Shown here piece by piece: positions 50,501 to 63,495 of a DNA stretch of 64,000 bases. The stretch comes from Phallusia mammillata (lineage: Eukaryota), in NCBI GenBank assembly GCA_965637545.1, contig OZ281494.1, forward strand, positions 13,392,001 to 13,456,000, given 5' to 3'. The first letter of the stretch is position 1, and the number at the start of each line of letters is the position of its first letter. A program made the translations under genes and the position numbers. The notes beneath the pieces are model-generated. The model saw only the letters and a program-made list of their open reading frames with translations, did no database searches and had not been told where the DNA came from.

Positions 50501-53500
50501 TTGTTTTGTAAAGCTGAAAAATATAATTTTTTAAAAATTTTTGACATTAATTACCAACAACAAAGCGACCGTCACCGGTAAGGGCCCTCCTTCGTCGTTG
50601 TGAGCTCGCACACGTCACTGATCCGGTGACGTAGGCCGGTATTGGAACCAAATCGGCTGACGTTGCCCAAACACCGATTGCCGACCCTATATTTTGCAAT
50701 GTTATGTTAAGTTAAATATACGTTCAATCATTTTAGCCAAAATGTTACCAGTAGTAACAGATCCAGCCTCTCTGATTACGATTTCAACAGTTGGATTGGT
50801 ATTTCCATTAAGTGCAAAAAGAGTTTGTACTGAACCACAAGGACTTTGCACCGCAACAGCGTTGGTTCTTGAGGCACCGTTAAAGCTTTGGCTAACTACC
50901 ACGTTTGGTTGAACGCCAGGTACCGGAGAAGGCACTAAAATTATAAGTGAAGAAAGTGTGGTCTAATAAAAAAACTAATATATAGGTTTAAAATACCTGG
51001 TAAAATTGTCTGTGGCACTGTAGAAGACATAGTTGAAACAAAGCTGCTTGATGTCTGCGGTGTTGTTTCCACCGGCGTGTCAATACTTGATGAAGAAGAT
51101 GTGGCACTTGTTGGCATTCGCTCAGTGGATTCTATTGAAGTAGATTGTGCGGGTAATGTGTCAGTTGTGACATCACTGGCCGTAGATACATCAATTAATG
51201 TAACAGCTGTGGATATCATAATTGAAGAAACTGTAATAACATCAGTAGACGCTAAAAGAACGGCAGTGGTGTTCATTTGTCCATCTGTGTTGCTACTCGT
51301 TGTTGCTGCAGTTGAAGAAATTGTTGTAGAAAAAGGGGTTGATGTTGTTGATAAAGTGGTTTCAGAAACAGTCGGATTGGCTGTTACAGCAGCGGCAGTT
51401 GATGAAGAAATTCTTGTCGTGGGCTCAACTGTATTATTTAAAGTTACGACTAAATCTGTTGTTGTTTCTGTTGTAACAACATTTGTAGATGTCGCTGGTG
51501 TTGTTGCATCTCCAAAGCTTGTATTTAAATTTCCTGCAAATTCTGTAGAGGCTGCCGTTACAAAGCCAGAAGTTGGCGATGCAAATGTTGTTACAGCTTC
51601 ATTGGTTGCTGCAATTTCAGTGCTTATATCAGTTGCTGAACGATTTGTGGGTGATACAAATGTTACGTCCAATACAGTTGTGTTTAAAATTGCTTGAAAG
51701 CTCGAAGTTGTTTCTGTAGCGGCGTCGGTTGTGGTTGATGCAGACATTATACCTGAAACAGTTGTGTTAAAACTTTCTGTAAATTCTACAGTTGTTTCGA
51801 TTGCAGCATCGGTTGTGGTTGATGCAGATGTAGACATTGTATCTTCTACAATTGTGTTAAAACTTTCTGTAAATTCTGTTGTTGTTTCCATTGCAGCATC
51901 GGTTGTGGTTGATGCAGATGTAGATATTACTTCTGCTACAGTTGTGTTGAAACTTTCTGTAAATTCTGTTGTTATTTCCATTGCAGAATCGGTTGTGGTT
52001 GATACAGATGTAGATGTTACTTCTGCTACAGTCGTGTTAAAACTTTCTGTAACATCCGTAGTTGCTTCAATTGCAGAATGGGATGTGGTTGATACAGATG
52101 TAGATATTACTTCTGCTACAGTTGTGTTGAAACTTTCTGTAAATTCTGTTGTTATTTCTATTGCAGAATCAGTTGTGGTTGATGCAGATGAAGCATCTTC
52201 TACTGTTGTGTTGAAACTTTCTGTAACATCTGTAGTTGTTTCTGTTGTAGCATCGGTTGTGGTTGATGCAGATGAAGCATCTGCTACAGTTGTGTTGAAA
52301 CTTTTTGTAACATCTGTAGTTGTTTCCATTGCAGAATCAGTTGTGGTTAATGCAGATGTAGATGTAACTTCTGATACAGTTGCGTTGAAACTTTCTGTAA
52401 CATCTGCAGTTGTTTCCATTAGAGCATCGGTTGTGTTTGATTCAGATGTAGATGTAACTTCTGATACAGTTGTGTTGAAACTTTCTGTAACATCTGTAGT
52501 TGTTTCCATTGCCGAATCGGTTGTGGTTGATGCAGATGAAGATGTAACTTCTGATGCACTTGTGTTGAAACTTTCTGTAACATCTGCAGTTGTTTCCATT
52601 AGAGCATCGGTTGTGTTTGATTCAGATGTAGATGTAACTTCTGATACAGTTGTGTTGAAACTTTCTGTAACATCTGTAGTTGTTTCCATTGCCGAATCGG
52701 TTGTGGTTGATGCAGATGAAGATGTAACTTCTGATGCACTTGTGTTGAAACTTTCTGTAACATCTGTAGTTGTTTCCATTGCAGAATCGGTTGTGGTTGA
52801 TGCAGATGTAGATATTACTTCTGCTACAGTCGTGTTGAAACTTCCTGTAACATCTGCAGTTGTTTCTATTGGAGCATCGGTTGTGGTTGATGCAGATGTA
52901 GATATTAATTCTGCTACAGTTGCGTTGAAACTTTCTGTAACATCTGTAGTTGTTTCTGTTGCAGCATCGGTTGCGGTTGATGCAGATGTAGCATCTGCTA
53001 CAGTTGTGTTGAAACTTTCTGTAATATCTGTAGTTGTTTCTGTTGCAGCATCGGTTGTGGTTGGTGCAGATGTAAATGCTGCATCTTCTACAGTTGTGTT
53101 GAAACTTTCTGTAACATCAGCAGGTGTTTCTATTGCGGCATCGGTTGTGGTTGATGCAGAGGTACTTGTTAATTCTGCTTCAGTTCTGTTGAAACTTTTT
53201 GTAAATTCTGTAGTTGTTCCTATTGCAGCATCGGTTGTGGTTGAAGCAGATGTAGATGTTACTTCTGCTACAGTCGTGTTAAAACTTTCTGTAACACCAG
53301 TAGTTGTTTCTATTGTCGTATTATTGTTGAATAGAGATTCTTCTGTACTGACATTTGTATTTGATTCCGTTGTTGTTGGTTCTGTCGTCAACGTTATATT
53401 TAAATCAGTATTGTTGGTCGATAGTGATTCTTCTGTGTTAACATTTGTAGTTGATTCCGTTTTTGCTGGTTCTGTCGTCACAGTTATATTTAAATCAGTA

Positions 53501-56500
53501 CTGTTGTTGAATAATGATTCTTCTGTGTTAACATTTGTAGTTGATTCCGTTGTTGCTGGTTCTGTCATAACAGTTATATTTACATCAGTATTATTGTTGG
53601 ATAATGATTCGTCTGTACTGATACTTGTAGTTGATTCCATTGTTGTTGGTTCTGTCGTCAAAATTATGTTTACAACAGTATTATTGTCAAATAATGGTTC
53701 TTCTGTACTGACATTTGTAGTTGATTCCGTTGTTGCTGGTTCTGTCGTCACAGTTGTATTTGTAACAGTATCATTGTTAAATAATGGTTCGTCTGTGCTT
53801 ACTATTGTGGTTGAATTAGTTGTTGCTGGTTCGGCCGTTGCAGTTATATTTGCATCAGTATTGTTGTTAAATAATGATTCTTCTGTGTTAACATTTGTAG
53901 TTGATTCCGTTGTTGTTGGTTCTGGTTCTGTCGTCACAGTTATATTTACATCAGTATTGTTGTTTGATACTGATTCTTCTGTGTTAACATTTGTAGTTGA
54001 TTCCGTTGTTGTTGGTTCTGGTTCTGTCGTCACAGTTATATTTACATCAGTATTGTTGTTTGATACTGATTCTTCTGTGTTAACATTTGTAGTTGATTCC
54101 GTTGTTGCTGGTTCTGTCGTCACAGTTGTATTTGTAACAGTATCATTGTTAAATAATGATTCTTCTGTGGTAACATTTGTAGTTGATTCCGTTGTTGTTG
54201 GTTCTGTCGTCACAGTTATATTTACATCAGTATTGTTGTTGAATAATGATTCTTCTGTGTCAACATTTGTAGTTGATTCCGTTGTTGGTGGTTCTGTCGT
54301 CACAGTTATATTTACATCAGTATTGTTGTTGAATAATGATTCTTCTGTGTCAACATTTGTAGTTGATTCCGTTGTTGGTGGTTCTGTCGTCACAGTTATA
54401 TTTACATCAGTATTGTTGTTGAATAATGATTCTTCTGTGTTAATATTTGTAGTTGATTCGATTGTTGCTGGTTCTGTCGTCACAGTTGTATTTACATCAG
54501 TATTGTTGTTGGATAATGGTTCTTCTGTGTTCACATTAGTAGTTGATTCCGTGGTTGTTGGTTCTGTCGTCACAGTTGTATTTACATCAGTATTGTTGTT
54601 TGATAATGGTTCGTCTGTGCTGACTATTGTGGTTGAATTAGTTGTTGCTGGTTCTGTCGTCACAGTTGTATTTACATCAGTATTGTTGTTTGATAATGGT
54701 TCGTCTGTGCTGACTATTGTGGTTGAATTAGTTGTTGCTGGTTCGGCCGTTGCAGTTATATTTGCATCAGTATTGTTGTTGAATACTGATTCTTCTGTGT
54801 TAACATTTGTAGTTGATTCCGTTGTTGCTGGTTCTGTCGTCACAGTTATATTTACATCAGTATTGTTGTTGAATAATGATTCTTCTGTGTTAACATTTGT
54901 AGTTGATTCCGTTGTTGTTGGTTCTGGTTCTGTCGTCACAGTTATATTTACATCAGTATTGTTGTTGAATAATGATTCTTCTGTGTTAACATTTGTAGTT
55001 GATTCCGTTGTTGTTGGTTCTGGTTCTGTCGTCACAGTTATATTTACATCAGTATCATTATTAAATAATGATTCTTCTGTACTAACATTTGTAGTTGATT
55101 CCGTTGTTGTCGGTTCTGTCGTCACAGTTATATTTACATCAGTGTTGTTGTTGAATAATGATTCTTCTGTGTTAACATTTGTAGTTGATTCCGTTGTTGC
55201 TGGTTCTGTCGTCACAGTTATATTTACATCAGTATTGTTGGTCGATAGTGACTCTTCTGTGTTAACAGTTGTAGTTGATTCCGTTGTTGTTGGTTCTGTC
55301 GTCACAGTTATATTTACATCAGTATTGTTGTTGAATAATGATTCTTCTGTGTTAACATGTGTGGTTGATTCCGTTGTTGCTGGTTCTGTCGTCACAGTTA
55401 TATTTACATCAGTATTGTTGGTGGATAGTGATTCTTCTGTGTTAACAGTTGTAGTTGATTCCGTTGTTGCTGGTTTTGTCGTCACAGTTGTATTTACAAC
55501 AGTATTGTTGTTGAATAATGATTCTTCTGTGCTATCATTTGTAGTCAATTCCGTTGTTGCTGGTTTTGTCGTCACAGTTGTATTTACAACAGTATCATTG
55601 TTAAATAATGATTCTGCTGTGTTAACATTTGTGTTTGATTCCGTTGCTGCTGGTTCTGTCGTCACAGTTGTATTTACATCAGTATCATTGTTAAATAATG
55701 ATTCTTCTGTGTCAACATTTGTAGTTGATTCCGTTGTTGGTGGTTCTGTCGTCACAGTTATATTTACATCAGTATTGTTGTTGAATAATGATTCTTCTGT
55801 GTCAACATTTGTAGTTGATTCCGTTGTTGGTGGTTCTGTCGTCACAGTTATATTTACATCAGTATTGTTGTTGAATAATGATTCTTCTGTGTTAATATTT
55901 GTAGTTGATTCGATTGTTGCTGGTTCTGTCGTCACAGTTGTATTTACATCAGTATTGTTGTTGGATAATGGTTCTTCTGTGTTCACATTAGTAGTTGATT
56001 CCGTGGTTGTTGGTTCTGTCGTCACAGTTGTATTTACATCAGTATTGTTGTTTGATAATGGTTCGTCTGTGCTGACTATTGTGGTTGAATTAGTTGTTGC
56101 TGGTTCTGTCGTCACAGTTGTATTTACATCAGTATTGTTGTTTGATAATGGTTCGTCTGTGCTGACTATTGTGGTTGAATTAGTTGTTGCTGGTTCGGCC
56201 GTTGCAGTTATATTTGCATCAGTATTGTTGTTGAATACTGATTCTTCTGTGTTAACATTTGTAGTTGATTCCGTTGTTGCTGGTTCTGTCGTCACAGTTA
56301 TATTTACATCAGTATTGTTGTTGAATAATGATTCTTCTGTGTTAACATTTGTAGTTGATTCCGTTGTTGTTGGTTCTGGTTCTGTCGTCACAGTTATATT
56401 TACATCAGTATTGTTGTTGAATAATGATTCTTCTGTGTTAACATTTGTAGTTGATTCCGTTGTTGTTGGTTCTGGTTCTGTCGTCACAGTTATATTTACA

Positions 56501-59500
56501 TCAGTATCATTATTAAATAATGATTCTTCTGTACTAACATTTGTAGTTGATTCCGTTGTTGTCGGTTCTGTCGTCACAGTTATATTTACATCAGTGTTGT
56601 TGTTGAATAATGATTCTTCTGTGTTAACATTTGTAGTTGATTCCGTTGTTGCTGGTTCTGTCGTCACAGTTATATTTACATCAGTATTGTTGGTCGATAG
56701 TGACTCTTCTGTGTTAACAGTTGTAGTTGATTCCGTTGTTGTTGGTTCTGTCGTCACAGTTATATTTACATCAGTATTGTTGTTGAATAATGATTCTTCT
56801 GTGTTAACATGTGTGGTTGATTCCGTTGTTGCTGGTTCTGTCGTCACAGTTATATTTACATCAGTATTGTTGGTGGATAGTGATTCTTCTGTGTTAACAG
56901 TTGTAGTTGATTCCGTTGTTGCTGGTTTTGTCGTCACAGTTGTATTTACAACAGTATTGTTGTTGAATAATGATTCTTCTGTGCTATCATTTGTAGTCAA
57001 TTCCGTTGTTGCTGGTTTTGTCGTCACAGTTGTATTTACAACAGTATCATTGTTAAATAATGATTCTGCTGTGTTAACATTTGTGTTTGATTCCGTTGCT
57101 GCTGGTTCTGTCGTCACAGTTGTATTTACATCAGTATCATTGTTAAATAATGATTCTTCTGTGTTAACATTTGTAGTTGATTCCGTTGTTGCTGGTTCTG
57201 TCGTCACAGTTATATTTACATCAGTATTGTTGTTGGATAATGATTCTGCTGTACTTATATTTGTAGTTAAATTAGTTGTTGCTGGTTCTGTCGTCACAGT
57301 TGTATTTAACATAGTGTCATTTGTGAATGATAGATCCTCTGTACTGACATTTGTAGTTGACTGCATTGTTGCTGGTACTGTCGTTACAGTTATATTTACA
57401 TCAGTATTGTTGTTTGATAATGATTTGTCTGTGCTGGCATTTGTGGTTGAATTAGTTGTTTCTGGTTCTGTCGTCACAGTTACAATTACATCGGTATCAT
57501 TGTTGAATAATAGTTCCTCTGTACTGACATCTGTGGTTGAATTTGTTGTTGCTGGTTCTGTCGTCACAGTTATAATTACATCGGTGTTGTTGTTGGGAAA
57601 TGATTCTTCTGTGCTGATATTTGTGGCATGTTCTACTGTTGTTGAAGTTGAATCATCGTTATCTGTTCTCGGCAAGACTGCTGGTTGATTAGTGGTCTCT
57701 GCATGGCAATAAGATTGTTTTTCAAAAAATATCTAAATAAAATTTCTTGTGTCACTTTTTACCAGTTGTATATGTGATGTTGAATCCTTCTAATGGTTGA
57801 TCTGATGACGAACGGAAGCTAATAAAAAGGGAGTTAACCGACGAAACGTTGACAATGGTTGGATTGCCAACAGAAACAGTTATATTTTGATCCAAGTTGT
57901 CGATATTATTTGATGCTGTTCGTTCTCCAGTGTGCAGAGAAAGTGCGATTGCCCTGCGAGTGGAACTTTGTCACCATTTGAAAACTAAACCATATTTTTA
58001 CCTATGCGTTTTATTATTAGAAACTGGGTGGCATAAATTTGTAACCAAAGCTATAAGCAATGTAGTATGAATAGAAAGCAGTGAAAAAAGTCAAGGAATC
58101 ACTGATAAGGGAAACTTACGTGACAACAGAGAAGAGGTTAGTGTTGATGGTTGTGACAGTTCTGCCTATTGTCACAAAGTCATTAAAGTTGATCTGGATG
58201 ACCTCAAATGTGAAGTGAATTGCTGCAAAACGCCTTTGATTTAGTTCCTGAGTTTTTTTCTTGAAGAAACGGAACAAAGCAACGATTGATTAATTACCAT
58301 ATAATTAGTTTAGTGATATTAAGTCTTTAATCTACTTTGTACTGTAGCGTATAGTAAATTTCATAAGAGTGTTTAACTTATTCAGAATCTCCTGTTGGCC
58401 TACAACTTCAAAATTTTTCATTTTAATCTATTTTGTAACTGATGAAGCAAACAAAATGTATGGACCTAAAACTGTATTGAGGTAATTTAAACAAGAGTTG
58501 CGAAACTCCATTTACTTTTATTTGCTGCAAATTTTAGACGAGCAAAAATTAAATCACAAAAAGCACAAGAAACTTTTTCACAGAGTAACATGAGTAACCA
58601 CGATTAAAAAATCTCCCACGTTTCAAGCCGCTTAGAAATCGCATTCAGTGAAGTCACCTCTGTTTAGTTTAACGGATCTAATAAGTGTGTTAAACCCAGT
58701 CTACAGCACGTATCCAAAATCAAAAATGTGTGACACATTATATCATGTAAATAATTTAAGTTTAAAATTATTGGTAATCAAACCAGAGTTGCAAACACTG
58801 GAGCCCGAAACCCGACCTGAACCCGAATGTTTTTAAAAATCCTGTTCAGGCCCGAAAGTTCGATTGACAGACTTATACATTGAAGCCTCAGGAAAGACCA
58901 AGACAACAAACACAATGGACACTTGTTCTTGAACATAGCGTTTCCTAAGACTGTTTGACATCAGGTAAGGTCCAGCAACTGGCTACGTAGCTAGTTAAAT
59001 ATTTAATAAAAAAATATCGTCACAGAGTGTAAAAAAATACCGAATACCGAACCTGGCATGAACCCGAACCCGGCCTGACCTCCAACTCTGAATTAAACTA
59101 TTATGGTACCACAAAAACAATCAATCGCCGGCAAATTTTTGCCCTTAACATACCTGAAATGGACAGCGATTGATCAAAACTCCATAGGCGGTATCCATCG
59201 GGAATGTTGCCAGGATAAACGTCAGGATAACAAGGCGACAAGATTGTTCCAGTGGGCGCGGAGAGAATTATTACTTCAGGAGTGATTTCATTCGAATTTA
59301 CGCAAGTATGCTGATCTGCACAAAACACACACAGGACTGACTTCATTTTTACAAACAATGTGGGGCTGTTGTAAGCTTTTCGGTGCAAAACATATTTGTA
59401 GCAGAAAGTTATCAACGTGGTATAATTGTTTTGCGACTGTAATTTGGGGCCGATGTACCACTTGTGGTGGGGTTTTCGTTTGTTTCGGACCACGAATCAG

Positions 59501-60372
59501 GTTTCAATGGTAGTTTCTTATCCGTCGTTTTGGAAACAATAGTAGGTTAGCGAAAAGGAAAATTTGTGCACGGCAGTGCCTTTCTCATTCAGTTAACACG
59601 TTTTCTCATTACTGATGGCATTTGTCTGACCTGTAAAGAACGCACACGTTTACAGTGCAAAGTAAAGTGTTGCCGTATTTCAAGCCTTATTTTAAAAACG
59701 TAGATTCTAAATCCTCTAATTCTAAAAATAACATAAGGTATTTTCAGAGCGCTTACTAAAACTATCAAAAAGTTTGGGCCCTTACTAAGTTCAGAGTGGT
59801 TGTTTTTATGCCATATATGTACCATCTTTGTCAACCATGAATATTACACCCAGTTCTTGTCGAGTTTGATATGATTGCGTATTTACGATATGAGCTGAGT
59901 TATGGTTTCTGTCAAGGTTTGCGAGAACGTTACGGCCAACCACAGCCAAAGTCATAATGCCGTAACTGGAAGCTTGGTAAACTGTCGTACTGAAGCGATA
60001 AGAACGAAAAAATCATTTGCTTTGATTTCATAATCTGAGAAGTCTAATATAACCTACGCGGACGCTAAACATGGCGATAAAAAGTTTTAATTTTCTTAAA
60101 ACACTTTTCCTGCCATGTCCTTCTTCTATACACTTTCACACCTGTCGACATTTATTGAGTTTTAAATATTTTATCACGCTATGATGCTTGTCCTTTGTAC
60201 ACTTTTAATGTAACGTATGGTTACAATAAACAGAAACACAATAGGGCCCCTAGACAACATAGTACTTACCAACAAACGTGTAGGCTTGTCCGAAGTCAGG
60301 ATCGGCAATGAATTGGGAGATAGCGCACTGACAAAGGCTAGACAGGTAGAGCAATAACAAAACGGATTTCAT
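44551..60372 (-). CDS. Adhesion GPCR (ADGRG-like), ~3278 aa: signal peptide, CUB, mucin stalk, FN3-like module, Cys-rich/HormR-like region, GAIN/GPS, 7TM
   Basis: 21 phase-compatible exons: 60372-60270, 59315-59154, 58222-58120, 57953-57763, 57698-50997, 50934-50749, 50485-50336, 50131-49955, 49757-49650, 49545-49418, 49237-49085, 48342-48145, 47786-47565, 47067-46951, 46825-46688, 46580-46471, 46363-46156, 45792-45657, 45565-45396, 45241-45074, 44757-44551 (9837 nt). GPS CVFWNF...WSTSGC...CECDHLTNFALL; family-2 TM motifs LLHYFLLVAWCWM, CWI, FLLPVG..LVFN, LGLIW, SLQG. Confidence 0.88.
48435..48893. mobile_element. hAT MITE in a GPCR intron
   Basis: CAGTGGTCACCAAAC...GTTTGGCGACCCCTG, perfect TSD GGTTAAGT (48427-48434, 48894-48901). 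Confidence 0.9.
51650..57610 (-). repeat. Coding tandem repeats: ~47 x 90-bp unit (EESLFNNNTDVNITVTTEPATTESTTNVNT) and ~18 x 90-bp unit (TESFNTTVAEVTSTSASTTTDSAMETTTDV)
   Basis: Visible in ORF 50941..57675. Includes a higher-order 1452-bp duplication (marker GCTATCATTTG at 55531 and 56983). Unit counts are estimates from span/90. Confidence 0.92.
58784..59090. mobile_element. hAT-type MITE with ACCCGA subterminal repeats in a GPCR intron
   Basis: TIR CAGAGTTG / CAACTCTG; TSD AATCAAAC / AATTAAAC (7/8 match). Confidence 0.78.
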
Positions 60373-60789
60373 GACAAATCTTCACGTATCAAATTGTCTC
60401 AAAAATAAAACATTTATCTTGTCTATTTCCATAGCCTGCAACACAACACAGCTTCTTGACACAAATTACTCAACCGTGTCCACCGCTTTCAAGAATCCCT
60501 GCGTAACCATACATGATTCACGCTAGTTTCGAATTGTGATGGTAAACACCACGTTGTTCCCCGGGATTTACGTGCGACTTATTTTTTTTCCAAACTTAAA
60601 AGTATAGGGTTTGAACTTATGTCCAACCGGCATTATATATATATATATCGAACACATATGCCTACTAGGCTGATAATACTCATTTTAGTCCCACAAAATC
60701 TGTTTGGAGCAGCTTTAAAAACCAATCTATAATATGTAAAGTATTACTTACCGGTATGTCACGACCGACAGTATACATACGTTGTAGCA

Positions 60790-60836
60790 TACGGTCGCAT
60801 AAACTCGTCCCTGCGACCGCAGGTTGTGCACCCCTG
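60790..60836. mobile_element. Solo right end of a hAT MITE
   Basis: ...GCAGGTTGTGCACCCCTG resembles the other hAT termini here; no partner end found. Confidence 0.4.
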
Positions 60837-62334
60837 GTATTTACGATAAAGGTTTTGCCGTTATACACAGTTTAAATGTTCCTTTTTCCAACAAATCGTA
60901 ACAAATACCAGTTTTATAAACATACATTTGCTGCCGGACGTGCAGGTCTACAAACACATTTTCTTCTTATCGAAAGACTTATCTTGCAAAAAAAGTGTTA
61001 TTAACCTCTTGGGCGCTTAATTTCAAATTTGCTGATCGTTTCCTGACATATTTCCACTATGCTGTAACCTGTAAACGGTATGTTGATAGTGTACATGCGA
61101 TATATTGCAGCAAGTAGCATGGTTTAAACCAAGTACAACATGACATATTTCTCAAGCATCAACATGCCAAAACTTATGCTTTTTTTCTGGTGAAGAACTT
61201 TGGTTGTCTTAACTCTTCTCCTGGTTAAGAACTTCGGTTGAAACATATTTAATTCAATCAAGCAATATCATAAATCACCGCAGAAGTAACTGGTCATATG
61301 GTACTAACTGCCATAGACTAGACTTGAAAACAGACTACCTGTTCAGTCAGCTGTTTTATGTCACCAGGAAATTTCTGCCCGAGCAGGCACGTGGCTATGG
61401 GGGTAAAGTCTCCTGCGTGGTTCCCCCCAACCCGACTGTTTTGGGAAATTTGCGGCGCGCAAAAAACGTAAATTACCCCTAATCGATTTTTTGCTCCAAA
61501 TTTTTGACAGAATATAGCCAACAAGTAAATGAAAACACTAATTTCTGCCAAGTTGTATATTACCGACAAAAGTTCATACTTTTTAAGTAACTCTGCACTG
61601 ACAGTTTTGGTGTACTCAGCCAAAGGTTGTCCAAAATATATCACCTGTGTTTCATTTCTGTCCTTTGTTCTGCAATACCTACATCTCTGGAAAAAAACAA
61701 GTCTCCCATAAGCCCGTCGAAAAGTAAATCTCACCAGTATTTAGTTACATTGCGTTTTATACACACACAAACAATTGGTAAAGAAAGTCGAAAATGCGTT
61801 TTGATTTACTGATACGAAACCCTGACCCCACAACCGCAGCCTTTTTGATGGTTACAGCCCAAACTAGTGAGACATTCCTCCGTGATTTATGGTACTCACA
61901 CTTTTCTCACACTCTACATTATAATGTAGCAGAGCGCGTTGCCCGTTTCAAATGGACATTGAGCATAGTGATGACTCCGTACTTAAAAACAATGTAAAAG
62001 TATAAGCCATACAGCAAAAAGACTGAGAAACGCATGGGCAAAAAGTCAAGAAAATAATACAGATTTTTTCCACCACAAATTGTAAACGTGTTTTAATCAC
62101 AAAGGTATAAAAACATTGGGGGAGAGGATATTGTTACGTTAAGTTTTCCAAACAAATCGATGTTCAGAATTTAGCAGAAAATGTCCGAACCTACAAAAGC
62201 CAGCAACGCGATTGTCTGACCCTTAGTTGTGTGTTTTTCTTTCACATGCTGATGCATTCAGTTGGAAAAAAATGTTCTAACCCGTGTATAGACATAACAC
62301 AGCACAAAATTTAAGCGCGTTTTCTACAGTGTTT

Positions 62335-62495
62335 TTAATTTTTTTGGTTGCGATAGCGGAACATCTCTCTCGATAGACCTTGTCGTACTTGAACATTTGC
62401 CACGCAGTAAACCAGAAAGATAAAAACACCCTGGACTCCGTTGACAATTGCATTGAAGTACATGAAAACTTTGGATGCCAGCTTGTCATCGGTAC
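62335..62495 (-). CDS. Terminal exon (TM7 plus short tail) of a second adhesion/secretin-family GPCR; upstream exons not located
   Basis: After the TTTTCAG acceptor: TDDKLASKVFMYFNAIVNGVQGVFIFLVYCVANVQVRQGLSREMFRYRNQKN stop, matching the family-2 TM7 consensus (NxxQGxFIFxxYCxxNxxVR). Confidence 0.78.
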
Positions 62496-62876
62496 CTGAA
62501 AATACAGTGTAAGGAAAAACTAAATACTAACAAGAAAATAGTAACACTATAGTAGCAAGTTCTAAGTTAGCAGATTACAAGTTAGAGCTGCAAGCCGTGG
62601 CTAGATTATCGGGTTTAAGTTAAAATCGCGTTTAATTCGGGCTTGACTTTACACTCTCAGGCATATTTGTGTAGCAAGTTTACTTTGGTAAACCTAACTT
62701 TGCGATTTACTCGAGCTTTAAACGCAACATCTCGAGCTAGGGCCGGGTTTCGGTTTTGTTTTGTAAAAAGATGCCATTTTCCAACATCATTCTTCGGCTA
62801 TTGACTTTATAGAGATTTTTTGCTGCGATATCTTAAAAGTCGTGCGGGATGCAACGATTTAAAAACAAGTTATTTC

Positions 62877-63495
62877 CAGCGGCTCGTGCTAGGGTGCTGC
62901 GGAGCTGCAGCACCCCCTAGATATTTTTACTTAAAATTCCCACCACAACATTACAGATAACTTTCATGATACTTATTTTTTATTCTAAAGTATAATTTTT
63001 ATAAGTAAGATTTCCGCCTTGATCGGCATTTTTTTCATTTTTTGAAAAAAATTATGGCATTAATATGTTATCTATGGTGGAACTGCAGCTCCAGTTTCAT
63101 GACTAATCGTGACGTTTCATGACGTTTTGCACTTGTGCGCATGCGCACTTGGGAAAGCTACATGCCGGGCGAAATAGGCGACAGGGTGCTGCGGCTCGCG
63201 CAGCTCCACCAATCACGCAGCGTGTGAACCGGCCTGTAGTTCAGTGTTGTCTGTTCCGGGTTTACTGTGCTACAAAACCAAACCCGTTTGCTATATTCTT
63301 AAGTTCGACTGTGAGTACAGTTAAATAATTGTTTTGTCATCTTTTAATTTATTCTTTGAAGGTTAGTCGTGGCTTTTTTAAGATGACTGTAAGTGGGCTT
63401 TAGTTTTTGCAGTGATCATTGAATTAAAAAGGGTGAAAAACAGTGTATCTACCCAAAAAAGTGTATCTACTTAAAAAGTGTATCTACCACCTTGA
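62877..63495. mobile_element. Probable degenerate DNA-transposon fragment
   Basis: Repeated AGGGTGCTGCGG motif (~62893, ~63183), palindrome GTGCGCATGCGCAC (63135-63148), three tandem AGTGTATCTAC copies (~63445-63490). Ends and TSD not resolved. Confidence 0.35.

Noticed and set aside
51731-57688. 1985-aa plus-strand ORF rich in V/S/D/T (and the adjacent 51077..51697 ORF)
   Set aside because: Antisense shadow of the mucin repeat exon: one stop-free 90-bp unit repeated gives a long open frame. There is no splice or domain context, while the minus-strand frame splices in phase to CUB and GAIN exons.
57802-57850. CTGATGA...GAAACGTT hammerhead-like motif on the plus strand
   Set aside because: Lies antisense to a CUB-coding exon (SFRSSSD), stem II pairing is poor and there is no retroelement context; most likely coincidental.
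58223-58259. Apparent frameshift at GPCR exon 2/3 when the upstream AAG or CAG acceptors are used
   Set aside because: The downstream TTTTGCAG acceptor (exon start 58222) restores phase and an open frame.
63135-63395. NRF1-like palindrome GCGCATGCGC, CCAAT and a downstream ATGACT|GTAAGT suggesting a plus-strand promoter and first exon
   Set aside because: Embedded in transposon-like sequence with no downstream exon identifiable in the window; cannot be supported.
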